Positions 27,556 to 39,330 of a stretch of 64,000 nucleotides of DNA are shown here, in pieces. The notes beneath the pieces are model-generated. The model made no database searches. It worked only from the letters and a program-made list of their open reading frames with translations, and was not told the origin of the DNA. Source of the stretch: Octopus vulgaris (lineage: Eukaryota). Each line of letters opens with the position of its first letter. Positions within the stretch are counted from its first letter, which is position 1. The stretch covers positions 32,178,001 to 32,242,000 of the forward strand of contig OX597817.1 in the NCBI GenBank assembly GCA_951406725.2, in the 5' to 3' direction. The position numbers and the translations under genes were made by a program.

Positions 27556-28360
27556 GGCGACGAGCTAGCTGGCAGAAACGTTAGCACGCCGGGCGAAATG
27601 CGTAGCCGTAATTCGTCTGCCGTTACGTTCTGAGTTCAAATTCCGCCGAGGTCGACTTTGCCTTTCATCCTTTCGGGGTCGATAAATTAAGTACCAGTAA
27701 CGCACTGGGGTCGATATAATCGACTAATACCTATGTCTGTCCTTGTTTGTCCCCTCTATATTTAGCCCCTTGTGGGTAATAAAGAAATAAGTATTTCGTC
27801 CGTCGCTGCGTTCTGAGTTCAAATTCCGCCGAGGTCGACTTTGCTTTTCCTCCTTTCGAGGTCGACAAATTAAGTACCAGTTATGCACTGGAGTCGATGT
27901 AATCGACCTAATCCCTTTGTCTGTCCTTGTCTGTCTCCTCTATGTTTAGCCCCTTGTGAGCAATAAAGAAATGAGAAACGTTAGCACGCCGGACATAATG
28001 CTTAGCGGTATTTCGTCTGTCTTTACGTTCTGAGTTCAAATTCCACCGAGGTCGTATTTGCCTTTCATCCTTTCGGGATCGATAAATTAAGTACCAGTTA
28101 CGCACTGGGGTCGATATAATCGACTTAATCCATTTGTCTGTCCTTGTTTGTCCCCTCTGTGTTTAGCCCCTCGTGGGTAGTAAAGAAATAGGTATTTCGT
28201 CTGTCTTTGCGTTCTGAGTTCAAATTACGCCGAGGTCAAATTTGCCTTTCATCCTTTCGGGGTCGATAAATAAAAGTACCAGTTGCGTACTGGGCTGATC
28301 TAATTGACTGGCCCCTCCTCCCTAAAAATTTCGGGCCTTGTGCCTAAAGTAGAAAAGAAT
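27556..28360 (+). mobile_element. Tandem array of four Meta-type SINE units
   Basis: GTTCTGAGTTCAAATT-...-CCTTTCG-...-AAGTACCAGT repeated four times with units starting near 27556, 27791, 27974 and 28191. The first three end in (A/G)TAAAGAAAT. Confidence 0.9.
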
Positions 28361-28530
28361 AATTTGTTAGAATACTATATACATATCGTTAAAAATAAAG
28401 TTTTAGGCGAGTACAGCGCGTAATATGAATGATAAGAGAACACGGTATACGTAATCAACTTCATTGGTTTATAGCTGTTTCTGCCATATATATATGTGTG
28501 TGTGTGTATCGAGAGGTATTATTTATTCCC

Positions 28531-28629
28531 ACTTAAACGTGAGTATTCTGTTAGAACAAACTCTACTACGGTAGATACCATGGTATCTACCGCAGTAAGG
28601 CTTGTTCTAAGAGAACGTCCACCTTTAAG
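28531..28629. repeat. About 100-bp imperfect palindrome
   Basis: Perfect centre CGGTAGATACCATGGTATCTACCG, with outer arms TTAGAACAA/TTGTTCTAA. Confidence 0.8.
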
Positions 28630-28905
28630 CTTTCATTCCCTGGATGTCGGCGCGTGTGTATACTTATTGAAGTAGTTTGGCTTAAGAGTCTCATTAAAGC
28701 GTGTGGATTTTACGCACAGTAATAGCCCTTGATATTGTAATGTATTTTATATATAAAGGGAAAATTAGATACCGTATATTAATTCTTTTCCTTAATTGGT
28801 TTACACGCTAGCTACTCGATAAACTCAAAAATCTAAAATTTTATAGCATTACTTCATATTTTTAAAAAACTACCATTCGATATATTATACAAAATTCAAA
28901 TTTTA

Positions 28906-28997
28906 TATCTCTGAAGAGCAGAAGAGTTGTCTATAAATGCTTATCAACATAGGATTCCATTATAGGGACAGCACTTCTGCGAAACGATCATAAGATA
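28906..28997 (+). ncRNA. Type-I hammerhead ribozyme motif with extended stem II
   Basis: TATCT-CTGAAGA-GCAGAAG...CTTCTGC-GAAAC-GATC-ATA-AGATA. Stem I TATCT/AGATA, 7-bp basal stem II extended by GTTGTC/GACAGC, and a palindromic GATC loop. Confidence 0.7.
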
Positions 28998-29289
28998 CTT
29001 TAAAACAAAACTTTTAAACTGTCATATACATTATATATTTATACTTATAAATTTACATATATTTATATATATTTATATTTTTAATACAACAATTAATTTG
29101 CACACGTACATATCTTTCTGAAAAATTTTCTAATATTGATTTCCTGATAATAATAATATATTATATAAAATACATATAATCGCTCGTATTAAATACATAA
29201 ATACTTTAATAGTATTAATACTTTGATACAATAGAGCATTCAATATAAATTCAGTATATACTATTCTCATTGAATATATTTACTTAAAG

Positions 29290-29372
<83 letters not shown>

Positions 29373-29406
29373 AACAGACAGACAGACCGACAGATAAATA
29401 GATGGC

Positions 29407-29469
<63 letters not shown>

Positions 29470-29788
29470 GGGTAAACTTAATACCAGTTCAAGTATGTTT
29501 GAGAGATATTTGAATCCGTTTAAGGCTTTTCGTTACTGTTTGTCATGTATAAAAGATTCTCTCTCAAAGCCCTCAGTTGGAGTAATGGACACATAATTCG
29601 AACTAATTCGGTTGTCATAAGCAAAATAGAACAATGTTAGAACAAAATGAGAGCATACCAACATGCGTGCATATTCGTGTGTGCTTGCACGCGCGCGCGT
29701 GTGTGTGTATCGCATGAAAATCGGTCCGTAGACTTTTGTCTTTTGTAAAAGCTTTAATTTAACAATTCAGTAACAGTCTTAATTATAT

Positions 29789-30008
29789 TTCTTTACTGCC
29801 CACAAGGGGCTAAACACAGAGAGGACAAACAAGGGCAGACAAACGGATTAAGTCGATTATATCGGCCCCAGTGCGTAACTGGTACTTATTTAATCGACCC
29901 CGAAAGGATGAAAGGCAAAGTCGACCTCGGCGGAATTTGAACTCACAACGTAACGCAGACGAAATACCGCTAAGCATTTCACCCGGCGCGCTAACGTGTC
30001 TGCCAGCT
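29789..30008 (-). mobile_element. Meta-type SINE with 15-bp TSD
   Basis: Homologous to 739-971. TSD CAGTCTTAATTATAT at 29774-29788 and 30009-30023. Confidence 0.92.
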
Positions 30009-30655
30009 CAGTCTTAATTATATACAGGTGTCGATATGGTTAAAATCACTAAACTATTAAAAGACTATGTTTGTATTTGGGTATGTGTATGCTTGTTTGT
30101 GTAAGTTTGTGTACGTACTTACTATAAATATCATTTGGGAAACTGAATTTAATATATCGAGAGCAAAAATGTATTTTCATGTTTAAACTTTTTGTGTTTA
30201 TTTTCAATTTGTACTTATTTAGTGTGGATAACATAATTAATTTTGCTTATTGACAAATAGACAGTAAAGAGACACAAGTCGAATTTCTGTTGTCCAACCA
30301 GTGTTCCTACTGTGAACATGCAGTCTTCTCTGTTTATATATATATATCCAGGACTTGGCTATCGTACACATTTATTGGATGCTAACATGAAATTTGTGAA
30401 GAGACCTTACAGCAATTCTAATAGGCGAAACAACTGGATTCATTTTGTCTTTGTGCCATGTGTAGTAGGATGTACAAAAAATCAAATTAGTCGAAAAGGG
30501 AGTACACAACACACATGAATAATTAAGTATGCGCGTGTGTGTATGAGTGTATATATATACATACATACATAGTTATGTATATATGCGCATATATATATAT
30601 ATACATACATAGTTATGTATATATGCGCATATATATATATATGTACATACATACA

Positions 30656-30687
<32 letters not shown>

Positions 30688-30824
30688 GGTTTTGCATATT
30701 TGTATAGGTTACTAGGCATTCATGCAATCATTGGCCGGTGTAATATCAGCTCTTCACACACGGATTACCGGTATGAAAAGTTGATATTGAAACGCATGTT
30801 AATTATACAGATATTATATATATA

Positions 30825-30871
<47 letters not shown>

Positions 30872-30872
30872 G

Positions 30873-30950
<78 letters not shown>

Positions 30951-30967
30951 CATACATATACATATAT

Positions 30968-31346
30968 AGTGGCTGTGTTGTAAGTAGCTTGCTTACCAAC
31001 CACATGGTTCCGGGTTCAGTCCCACTGCGTGGCACCTTGGGTGAGTGTCTTCTTCTATAGCCTCGGGCCGACCAAAGCTTTGTGAGTGGATTTGGTAGAC
31101 GGAAACTGAAAGAAGACCGTCGAATATATATATATGCATGTGTGTATGTGTGTGTATATATATTTGTGTGTCTATGTTTGTCCCGCCAACATCGCTTGAG
31201 GACTGATGCTGGTAACTCAGCATTTCGGCAAAAAAGATCGATAGAATAAGTACTAGGCTTACAAAGAATAAGTCGTATGGTCGATTAAAGGCGATGCATG
31301 GCCATAGCCAAATGACTGAAACAAGTAAAAGGATAAAAGAATAAAA

Positions 31347-31349
<3 letters not shown>
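30968..31349 (+). mobile_element. CORE-type SINE
   Basis: AGTGGCTGTG..GTAAGTAGCTTGC head through GACTGAAACAAGTAAAAG tail. Confidence 0.85.
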
Positions 31350-31393
<44 letters not shown>

Positions 31394-32039
31394 TTCAGCA
31401 AAATTTAGATTCAGATGAATACACATATATTTGTGTGTTTGTGTGTTTTTGTATATATATATATTATTGTTTTCACGTATTATTATTGTTTTTACGTATT
31501 TTGTATTCATATTCGTGTAACATCGTTTGTTCTTCCGTCTTTGTTTTGTATACATTCGAAGCTTTCTTCCAAGGAATCTAATGAGCTTAGCTTAGATTTT
31601 CCTTGGGGCTGGCCAGATTGGAGCAATCTCAAGATTAATCAGCCGAAATTGCGAGGATAATCGGGTTCTTGACTGAAGATTGAAGGCTTCGAATGTCCCG
31701 TCCGTGTTTTTTGTATCGTCTTCTAAATGTTTTGCGTTCTTGTCGCAGTTTGTATTTTTTTACATATATATATATTTCTCTTCAGTCCTTCATCTTTTCA
31801 CCCCTACTCTCTTTCTCTCCTCTTCTTTCCTCTTTCTCCTTTCCTCTTCCCCATCTCTCTTTCTCTCTGCTCCCTCACTCCCCTTCTCTCCCCCTCCTAT
31901 CCCCCTCCTCTCCTCCCCTCCTTTCCCATCCCCCTCCTCTTCTCCTCTCCTTCATTTGACCTTGTTATCTCCCCTACTATCCCTCTTGCGTCTAACGTCT
32001 GATCTCTGACTTCTGGCCGAAATCAGACCGCCATGTTAA

Positions 32040-32236
32040 ATCGTTAGCTCCTGCACGCATTTTTTTTCTCTCCTTGCTTCTCTCCGTGTTTCTTTTCTGT
32101 GTATCTTTCTGATGAAGAGCGTAGGCTCGAAACGTAAAAGACTTGTTTTATTTCTATTCCTGAGCGCCATACTAATACAATTGTTTGTTTGTACTCCACC
32201 TGCCTTCGTCTGTTGCTTATTTTCGTAAGCCTCCCG

Positions 32237-32240
<4 letters not shown>
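32040..32240 (+). mobile_element. Short hammerhead-bearing repeat unit abutting (TA)n
   Basis: Homologous to 39778-39920: TTTCTCTCCTTG...hammerhead...GAGCG...ACTAATACA...CCACCTG.CTTCGT. Confidence 0.75.
32104..32141 (+). ncRNA. Minimal type-I hammerhead ribozyme with intact core
   Basis: TCTTT-CTGATGA-A-GAGC-GTAG-GCTC-GAAAC-GTA-AAAGA: 5-bp stem I, 4-bp stem II, ACGT palindrome in place of stem III, GUA cleavage triplet. Confidence 0.75.
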
Positions 32241-32314
<74 letters not shown>

Positions 32315-33690
32315 TTCGTTATATATATATAGGGAGGGAGAGAGAGAGAGAGAAATTTCATTAGGTAATATAAATTTTCTTTGATGAAGAATTCTCCCCC
32401 GAAACGTATAATTCTCATTTTCTTTGCAACAAAGTAATCCATTGCACTTCCTGAACTTTATGTACTTATCATTTATCTATTACTTATTTATTCATTCATT
32501 AATTATTTGTTTACTCGTTTTAATCGATTTCTATGTTGTTTTATTTTCTTAATTATTCCGGTATTGTGGGATCGCAAGAAATTGCAAACACTCTGTATAT
32601 CAGCCATTGGTGTACGTACAACGACAGGACTACTATTTCAGTAATATTCTATTACGTTCTGAGCTGAGCCATATTTTTTATTGAAATAATAAATAGATAA
32701 ATACATACATAAAATGTAATAAGCAAATGCCTATTTAACTGACATTATGTACACGCATAATAACTATAAATATTACTTAAAATGGACACAGCGTGCTCTG
32801 CTGTAACTATATATGTTAATTTCCCGTAATATTTGAAATTCAAGCTTACACATACCTCCATTTTTTTCGTTTTTTTCTTGTTTTTAATTTACAGATTTTA
32901 CAGTCGATTTATAACTGAGATATTCAATTTATATGTTCAGCACTTAAGTTAGAAGATAGTGTTTGAGTTCATATTGTGTGTGTGTGTGTGTGTGTGTGCG
33001 TGCGGGTGTGTGATTGTGTGTGATTGTGTGTGAATGTATGTGACCCTGTGTGCTTGCGTTTGTGTGCGCGTGTGTTTGTGTGTGTGTGTATGAGAGACAG
33101 AGAGAGATCGTATTTGTGCGGATGTATCGATGTCTGTGTTGAGAGAGCGAGTGTGCATGTGTGTGTGCATGCGTGCGTGAGATTCTGTGTGTGTTTGACT
33201 GTGTGTAACTGTGTGTGTACATGTATGTGGACTATGTGCGCGCGAGCATGTGCGTATGTGTAAAAGAGAGAGAGAGAGAGAAAGAAGGACTGGCTGGGTA
33301 CAGGTTGTGTGTGTATGTGTCTGTGTGTGTAAGGGAGGATAGTAGGAGAGAGAGAGAGACAAAGAACGAGAGTATGTGTTTGTGGAGTGTATCTATGTGT
33401 GTTTGTGGGAGTATGTATATTAGTGTGTGTGTGTGTGTGTGTGTTTTATGGGTGTATGATTATGTGTGTGTTGTGTGCATGATTATGGCTGTAAGTCTTT
33501 GTTGGAGAAAGAGAGTCGTCTCTGCATATTTGCAAGTAAGTGAATGTTAAACACAAAATCTAGCAAGCTGAAACTTCGAACACACTATCAACCCTCTTCT
33601 TGTAAAAGTTTGCGAAACATGTACTCTACAAAAAAGTATTGAGTAATTTTTTCAGTTTAATGTTAATTTGCTTTCATTATAACATCATAA

Positions 33691-33860
33691 GGCGGCGAGC
33701 TGACAGAATCGTTAGCACTCCGGACAAAATACTTAGCGGCATTTCTTCCGGCTTTACATCCTGAGTTCCAATACTGCCTAGGTCAGCTTTATGTTTCCTT
33801 CTTTCTGGTTACCTTAACCCCAGTTGAACACTGGGGTTAAGGTAATCGACCAAAACTTGA
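33691..33860 (+). mobile_element. Degenerate Meta-type SINE
   Basis: GGCGGCGAGCTGACAGAATCGTTAGCAC head. Confidence 0.75.
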
Positions 33861-33923
33861 AATCATGTATATACATGTCTTTTCATTCATTTGGCAGCGG
33901 CCGTACTAGTTTTTCATATATAT

Positions 33924-34236
33924 ATATATTCTTGAATACAGATTCTGTGATTAAAGAATTGACAATTGTCCTGGTGTATGATAATTATTTTAAAGGTGTA
34001 CATTTATGTAAAATTCCACAAATTCATTCAAAATGTGACCGCGTGTGTATCGTTGGCGATTTTTTCCTCCGTCTTCCCTTCCTTGGATCTTTCCTTTTCC
34101 TATGTTTCTGACGAAAAGCTCCGCTCGAAACGTTAAATCCTCCCCCTCCTTTCTTTCCTTTCCTAGCGTCCAATAACACTATACTTGTTCCATATCCTCG
34201 CGTTGTTGTGTTTTCTCTTTGTTTTCGTGTTTGGAT

Positions 34237-34329
<93 letters not shown>

Positions 34330-34561
34330 GAACCCGTAACCATTGTTCTGAAGTATCTAGCAACTAATTTAGCAGTAATTCAATACATTTCATTGCTTAT
34401 TAATGAAACCCTAAATTTGTGTCCAAACTATATTTACTGTTCCATTTTAACTTGGACAAAGTTTGTGGAATTTTACATAAACGTACACCTTTAAATTAAT
34501 TATCATACACCATAACAATTGTCACGTCTTAATTCACAGAATCTGTATTCAAGAATATATA
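33924..34561. repeat. Fold-back element (about 100-bp inverted arms) enclosing a hammerhead unit and (TA)n
   Basis: TATATTCTTGAATACAGATTCTGTGA...TTTATGTAAAATTCCACAAA (33924-34022) is the reverse complement of about 34461-34561. Confidence 0.85.
34031..34221 (+). mobile_element. Hammerhead-bearing repeat unit (second copy inverted at 39124-39330)
   Basis: Homologous over about 200 bp. Motif at 34104-34138 is GTTT-CTGACGA-AAAGCTCCGCTC-GAAAC-GTT-AAAT. Ends at (TA)n. Confidence 0.75.
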
Positions 34562-35059
34562 CAATGATATAAATCAATCGATGATACATGAATTTATATA
34601 TTTCCACACCAGTTTTATGTATGTCTGTAATCATGATAGACAATGTAATATACGTTGTTGGTTATACGTGTTATTTCTCATTCATCTTTTTTAAATTTCG
34701 AAAATTGAGTTTGAAATGTTAAATTGTCTAGTAAATGTTTAACAGCAAACAGATTGTCGAGTTAGTATGTGAGCTATCTTAATGCCCCAGCATCAGACTG
34801 CTTTTACCAAGTTATTTATTTTATCATGCCTGTTGTGAACAATAGTGTCGTTGTTTCAAGTTTCCGACAAATTAATCATATGTTCACTTCATTTACGATG
34901 TTGCGGGTGAAAAAGAAGCGTCTGTGCAACTCAGGCGGAACAAAGGTTGCGTTACATTTTTGTTTCAAAGCACCTGTTTACCGGGATATTTTCTTGATGT
35001 CTACATCTTTTGTCGATATATATCCCGAAACTATAAACTTGTACTCAAACATATAGTGG

Positions 35060-35345
35060 TCTGAAGTTAGAATTTCGAATCCTGGTGAGTGAGTTGAATA
35101 CTACGCAGGTTAAATAGATTTAACTCAAGGGCAAAGAAAGATGGTACACCGCCAACAGATACGAGGTCCCGACACCAGCAAAATATCTGTGAGTAGACAT
35201 CTATATCGTTGCCCAATAAACAAACATCCCAATACCAAATTTTTCTATTTATATCGATGTATCGAGAACACCTCAGTCCATTCCGGAATTAGAAAATTAA
35301 AAAGAGGGTATTTTTCGAAAAGAGATGAAAGCAACAGGAGGTGAG
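35060..35345 (+). mobile_element. Penelope-like GIY-YIG endonuclease remnant
   Basis: EYYAG*I..TQGQRKMVHRQQIR...VSRHL.RC...P resembles the PLE 'YIGQT..LR.R...HRQQI...S.H' region. Confidence 0.5.
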
Positions 35346-35795
35346 AGGCTGCAACGTGAAGGTGTAATTTTGGTAGCAGATTGATGTTGAAAGACTATCG
35401 AGTCAGTAGCGGTCAAACAAGTTGCTTGATCGCTATTGACTTGATGAGGAAGTAAAAGAGAGGAGTGAGTGATTCAAAGATACGATTCAAAAGTATATTT
35501 AATATTTACATATGTGTGTGTTGCATGTGTCTGTGTATGTATGCATAATGTGTGGCAACATTAATATTAAGCACGTTCATGTATACTCAGACGATGACAG
35601 AATGTCGCTGTGGTAAGTGTCTTTGCAGAGAAACAACTCTTACAGATTATGTACGTGAAAACAAACCAAACAGGGGTATAAATGACGCCATCAGACAGTA
35701 TAACACGCGTTTCTGCGCCGTTATGGTACTTAATTTGCCTTTAATGTATATGTGTGTGCGCGCGCGTATCTGTGAGTATGTGCATGTGTATGTAA

Positions 35796-35855
<60 letters not shown>

Positions 35856-36352
35856 GAATGCGTGCGTGTGTATATGTATATATAATTACACACACACACA
35901 CACACACATAGGTATATACATACATAAATACTTTGCAAAAACTTCTTGCAAGCACTCATCATGATTTTGTGCACCCATACCTTCAAAAAGATGCCTGGAG
36001 GGTGGCGGTTGAATAACTATAAAGACTATCATTATCGTCACCCTCCATGCAGCCCTTTGAAGTTATGAACGTCCGTAACTATGAAGGTTGTTTAGAAGAG
36101 AATTTACTAGTTTTACGCGCTGCTAGTTTTTGCGAGTTACTACAAGGGTTTTTACAGGGAGTGGTAAATATTTCTTACCGGAAGAAACAAGTCAAATGAG
36201 ATTGAGTTAAGATTCATACAGTTGCTGGTGGAAAGATACTGCGGATTCCTTGCAAATATTCGTATTCATTTCTCTCAGACGATATAATTTCTTTTAGTGT
36301 TTTTACTCCCTTAGTCTTTAAAGTAAGACGTTCACACATAGCTAGTTCACAC

Positions 36353-36593
<241 letters not shown>

Positions 36594-36832
36594 TGTTTAC
36601 ATTGGCTAAAGGTTGATAAATGAAGATGTAGAGGCGCAACGTGAGAAAGAGAGAGAAAGAGAGACTGGGCAGAAATATATTGCCATAATATTTTATTAAT
36701 TTCATTCAAAGGTTCGCAACCGTAATGTGGCCCTGATTCCCCTTCAAGAGTTTTATTCGATTATATTAAACACCGATACTTAATTGGTACACTTTTTCTG
36801 GAACCGTATGTATGTTTGTGCATTTGTGTGCA

Positions 36833-37215
36833 TCTCTCTCTATATAAACGGCAGTTTGTCTGTGCGTTTTCTGTGTGTCTGTTTTCTCGTACCCTCACTC
36901 TGACCACGGCTTTCAACCGATTCTGATGAAACTTGACACACACATAGCCCAATGTCATAATTCAAAACTAACGCAGCGAAAATTTTGAAAAGTTCCCCCA
37001 GTTCTGAAAAAAATCGATAAATTCGACATGGGGTCGAGAATCAGAAACCCAAACCACAGACCGTCTAGGGGACACAACTCCACCTTTTTTAACTCTCAAA
37101 AAAATCTACCATCATTTTTTTTCCATTTTTTTGCTATTTTTTGGCTATAACTCTCTAAAAATGCTTTATAGTTATTTCCCTCACAAACCTGAGCAACGCC
37201 GGGCGATACTGCTAG
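36833..37215 (+). mobile_element. Non-autonomous Helitron
   Basis: A|TC 5' end, 3' CTAG|T, and subterminal GC-rich hairpin CCTGAGCAACGCCGGG. Near-identical copy at 38152-38535. Confidence 0.85.
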
Positions 37216-37263
37216 TATATATATATATTCATATATTTTTATATATATATGTATATATATATA

Positions 37264-37662
37264 TATTAGAAGGTTTGGAGATGATGTACAGGTATTATAT
37301 ATTAGATGAAATGAGGAACTCAGAAATCTGGATGGTTTTATATTTACAAATATTTATTAGTATGCTACATATATGATATATGATTTATAAAAACATGTAA
37401 CATACTAATAAATATCTGTAAATATAAAGTGCCGGTGGCACGTAAAAACCACCATCCGATTGTGGCCGTTTGCCAGCCTCGTCTGACTCCTGTGCCGGTG
37501 GCACGTAAAAAGCACCCACTACACTTACGGAGTGGTTGGCGTTAGGAAGGGCATCCAGCCATAGAAACATTGCCAGATCAGACTGGGCCTGGTGCAGCCT
37601 TCTGGCTTCCCAGACCTCAGTTGAACCGTCCAACCCATGCTAGCATGGAAAGTGGACGCTAA

Positions 37663-37694
<32 letters not shown>

Positions 37695-37733
37695 AAAACC
37701 ATCCAGATTTCTGAGTACCTTATTTCTTCTAAT
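37264..37733. repeat. Fold-back form of the 18602 repeat, interrupted by a retroposon
   Basis: Left arm 37264-37370. The right arm is split into 37381-37428 and 37693-37733. Confidence 0.8.
37429..37692 (+). mobile_element. 5'-truncated retroposon (SINE or RTE-tail type) with (TGA)n tail
   Basis: GGCGTTAGGAAGGGCATCCAGC motif, duplicated GTGCCGGTGGCACGTAAAAA, (ATG)n tail and short ATAAA TSD. Confidence 0.75.
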
Positions 37734-38151
37734 ATATATATATATATATATATATAAATATATAAAATCATATATCATATATGCATATATATATATATAA
37801 ATATAAATATATATATATATGATGACCCTGCATGCCTGGAATCCAATGAAGGACAAACAAACAGAAACTGCAAACATCGTTGACCCTAAAAATAGCACTG
37901 AAAAAGAATCTACAAACACCACAGGCCCCAAAAAGAACACTGACAGCAACAACAGCTGCAATAAGAAAAATCAAAGTTGGACTGTGGTGATAAACAGAGG
38001 CAGACTAAAAACTGACACATCCTGGAAAACTGATGTCCTGATGTCCAAAGTTAACAGGAAGGACAAGCAAAAAGACAAAAATCCAAAATGCCAACAGTAA
38101 AAACAAAGAAGCATAAGGATAGAAACTGACAGAGCCCCGCTTGTATGTAAA

Positions 38152-38535
38152 TCTCTTTATATATAAACGGCAGTTTGTCTGTGCGTTTTCTGTGTGTCTG
38201 TTTGCTTGTACCCTCACCCTGACCACGGCTTTCAACCGATTCTGATGAAACTTGACACACACATAGCCCAATGTCATAATTCAAAACTGACGCAGCGAAA
38301 ATTTTGAAAAGTTCCCCCAGTTCTGAAAAAGAATCGATAAATTCGACATGGAGTCGAGAATCAGAAACACAAACCGCAAACTGTCTAGGGGACGCAACTC
38401 CACCTTTTTTAACTAAAAAAACAATTTACCATCATATTTTTCCATTTTTTTGCTATTTTTTTGGCTATAACTCTCTAAAAATGCTTTATAGTTATTTCCC
38501 TTACAAACCTGAGCAACGCCGGGCGATACTGCTAG
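38152..38535 (+). mobile_element. Non-autonomous Helitron
   Basis: A|TC...CTAG|T termini with hairpin; homologous to 36833-37215. Confidence 0.85.
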
Positions 38536-38555
38536 TGTGTATATATTTAGATAAG

Positions 38556-38720
38556 TTTCTTTATTGACCACACAGGGCTGCACACAGATGGGACAAGTTA
38601 CAAGGTAGAGCTTTTCTTTTGGGGGAGAAAAAAAAAGGTGGCGTAGGTTTTCGATCAAAGGGGATCGTAACAGGGAAAAAAGAACAAAAAAAAAAGAAAA
38701 AAAGAAAAAGAAAGGAAAAG
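38556..38720 (-). mobile_element. Retroposon 3' tail fragment (second copy at 46142-46272, plus strand)
   Basis: TTACGATCCC..TTGATCGAAAACCTAC...TTGTCCC.TCTGTGT.CAGCCCTGT.TGG..AATAAAGAAA is shared by both copies. Confidence 0.7.
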
Positions 38721-38992
38721 GAAAAAAAAGGAAAAGAGACAGACAGTAGACAGATAAACATTAAACTTTTCTATTCTAAACAAACTTTAGCCAGACGGGT
38801 ATTCAACAAGTATTTAAGTCGTAATCTGGATAAAGTATTATATACTATTTTATTAAAGCCAACAAAACTTCCCAAACTCCGTTACTCAGTTTCATCAGAT
38901 GGTTTCGATAATACTGAATTAACTAACTTGTATTGGAGCACTATTTTTTCAGCTTCTTTTGCACCTATGTGCTTACTTGTGTGTGTGTGTGT

Positions 38993-39123
<131 letters not shown>

Positions 39124-39330
39124 GTTAATCCAAACAAGAAAGCACAAAAAAACACAACAATGCGAGGACGTGGAACGAATATAGTATTATTGGACGCTCA
39201 GGAAAGAAGGAAAGAAGGAGGGTTTAACGTTTCGAGCGGAGCTCTTCGTCGGAAACATAGGTGAAGGAAAGATCCAGAGAAGGGAAGACAGAGGAAAAAA
39301 TCGCCAACGGTGCACACGAGGTCACATTTG
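39124..39330 (-). mobile_element. Hammerhead-bearing repeat unit
   Basis: Reverse complement of 34031-34221. Motif at 39222-39256 is GTTT-CCGACGA-A-GAGC-TCC-GCTC-GAAAC-GTT-AAAC. Abuts (TA)n. Confidence 0.75.

Noticed and set aside
27556-28360. CRISPR-like repeat array
   Set aside because: The units are about 200-bp SINE copies without unique spacers; no cas genes; eukaryotic context.
36923-36935. CTGATGAAAC inside the Helitrons
   Set aside because: No stem II or separate GAAA/NUH; it is part of the Helitron internal motif.
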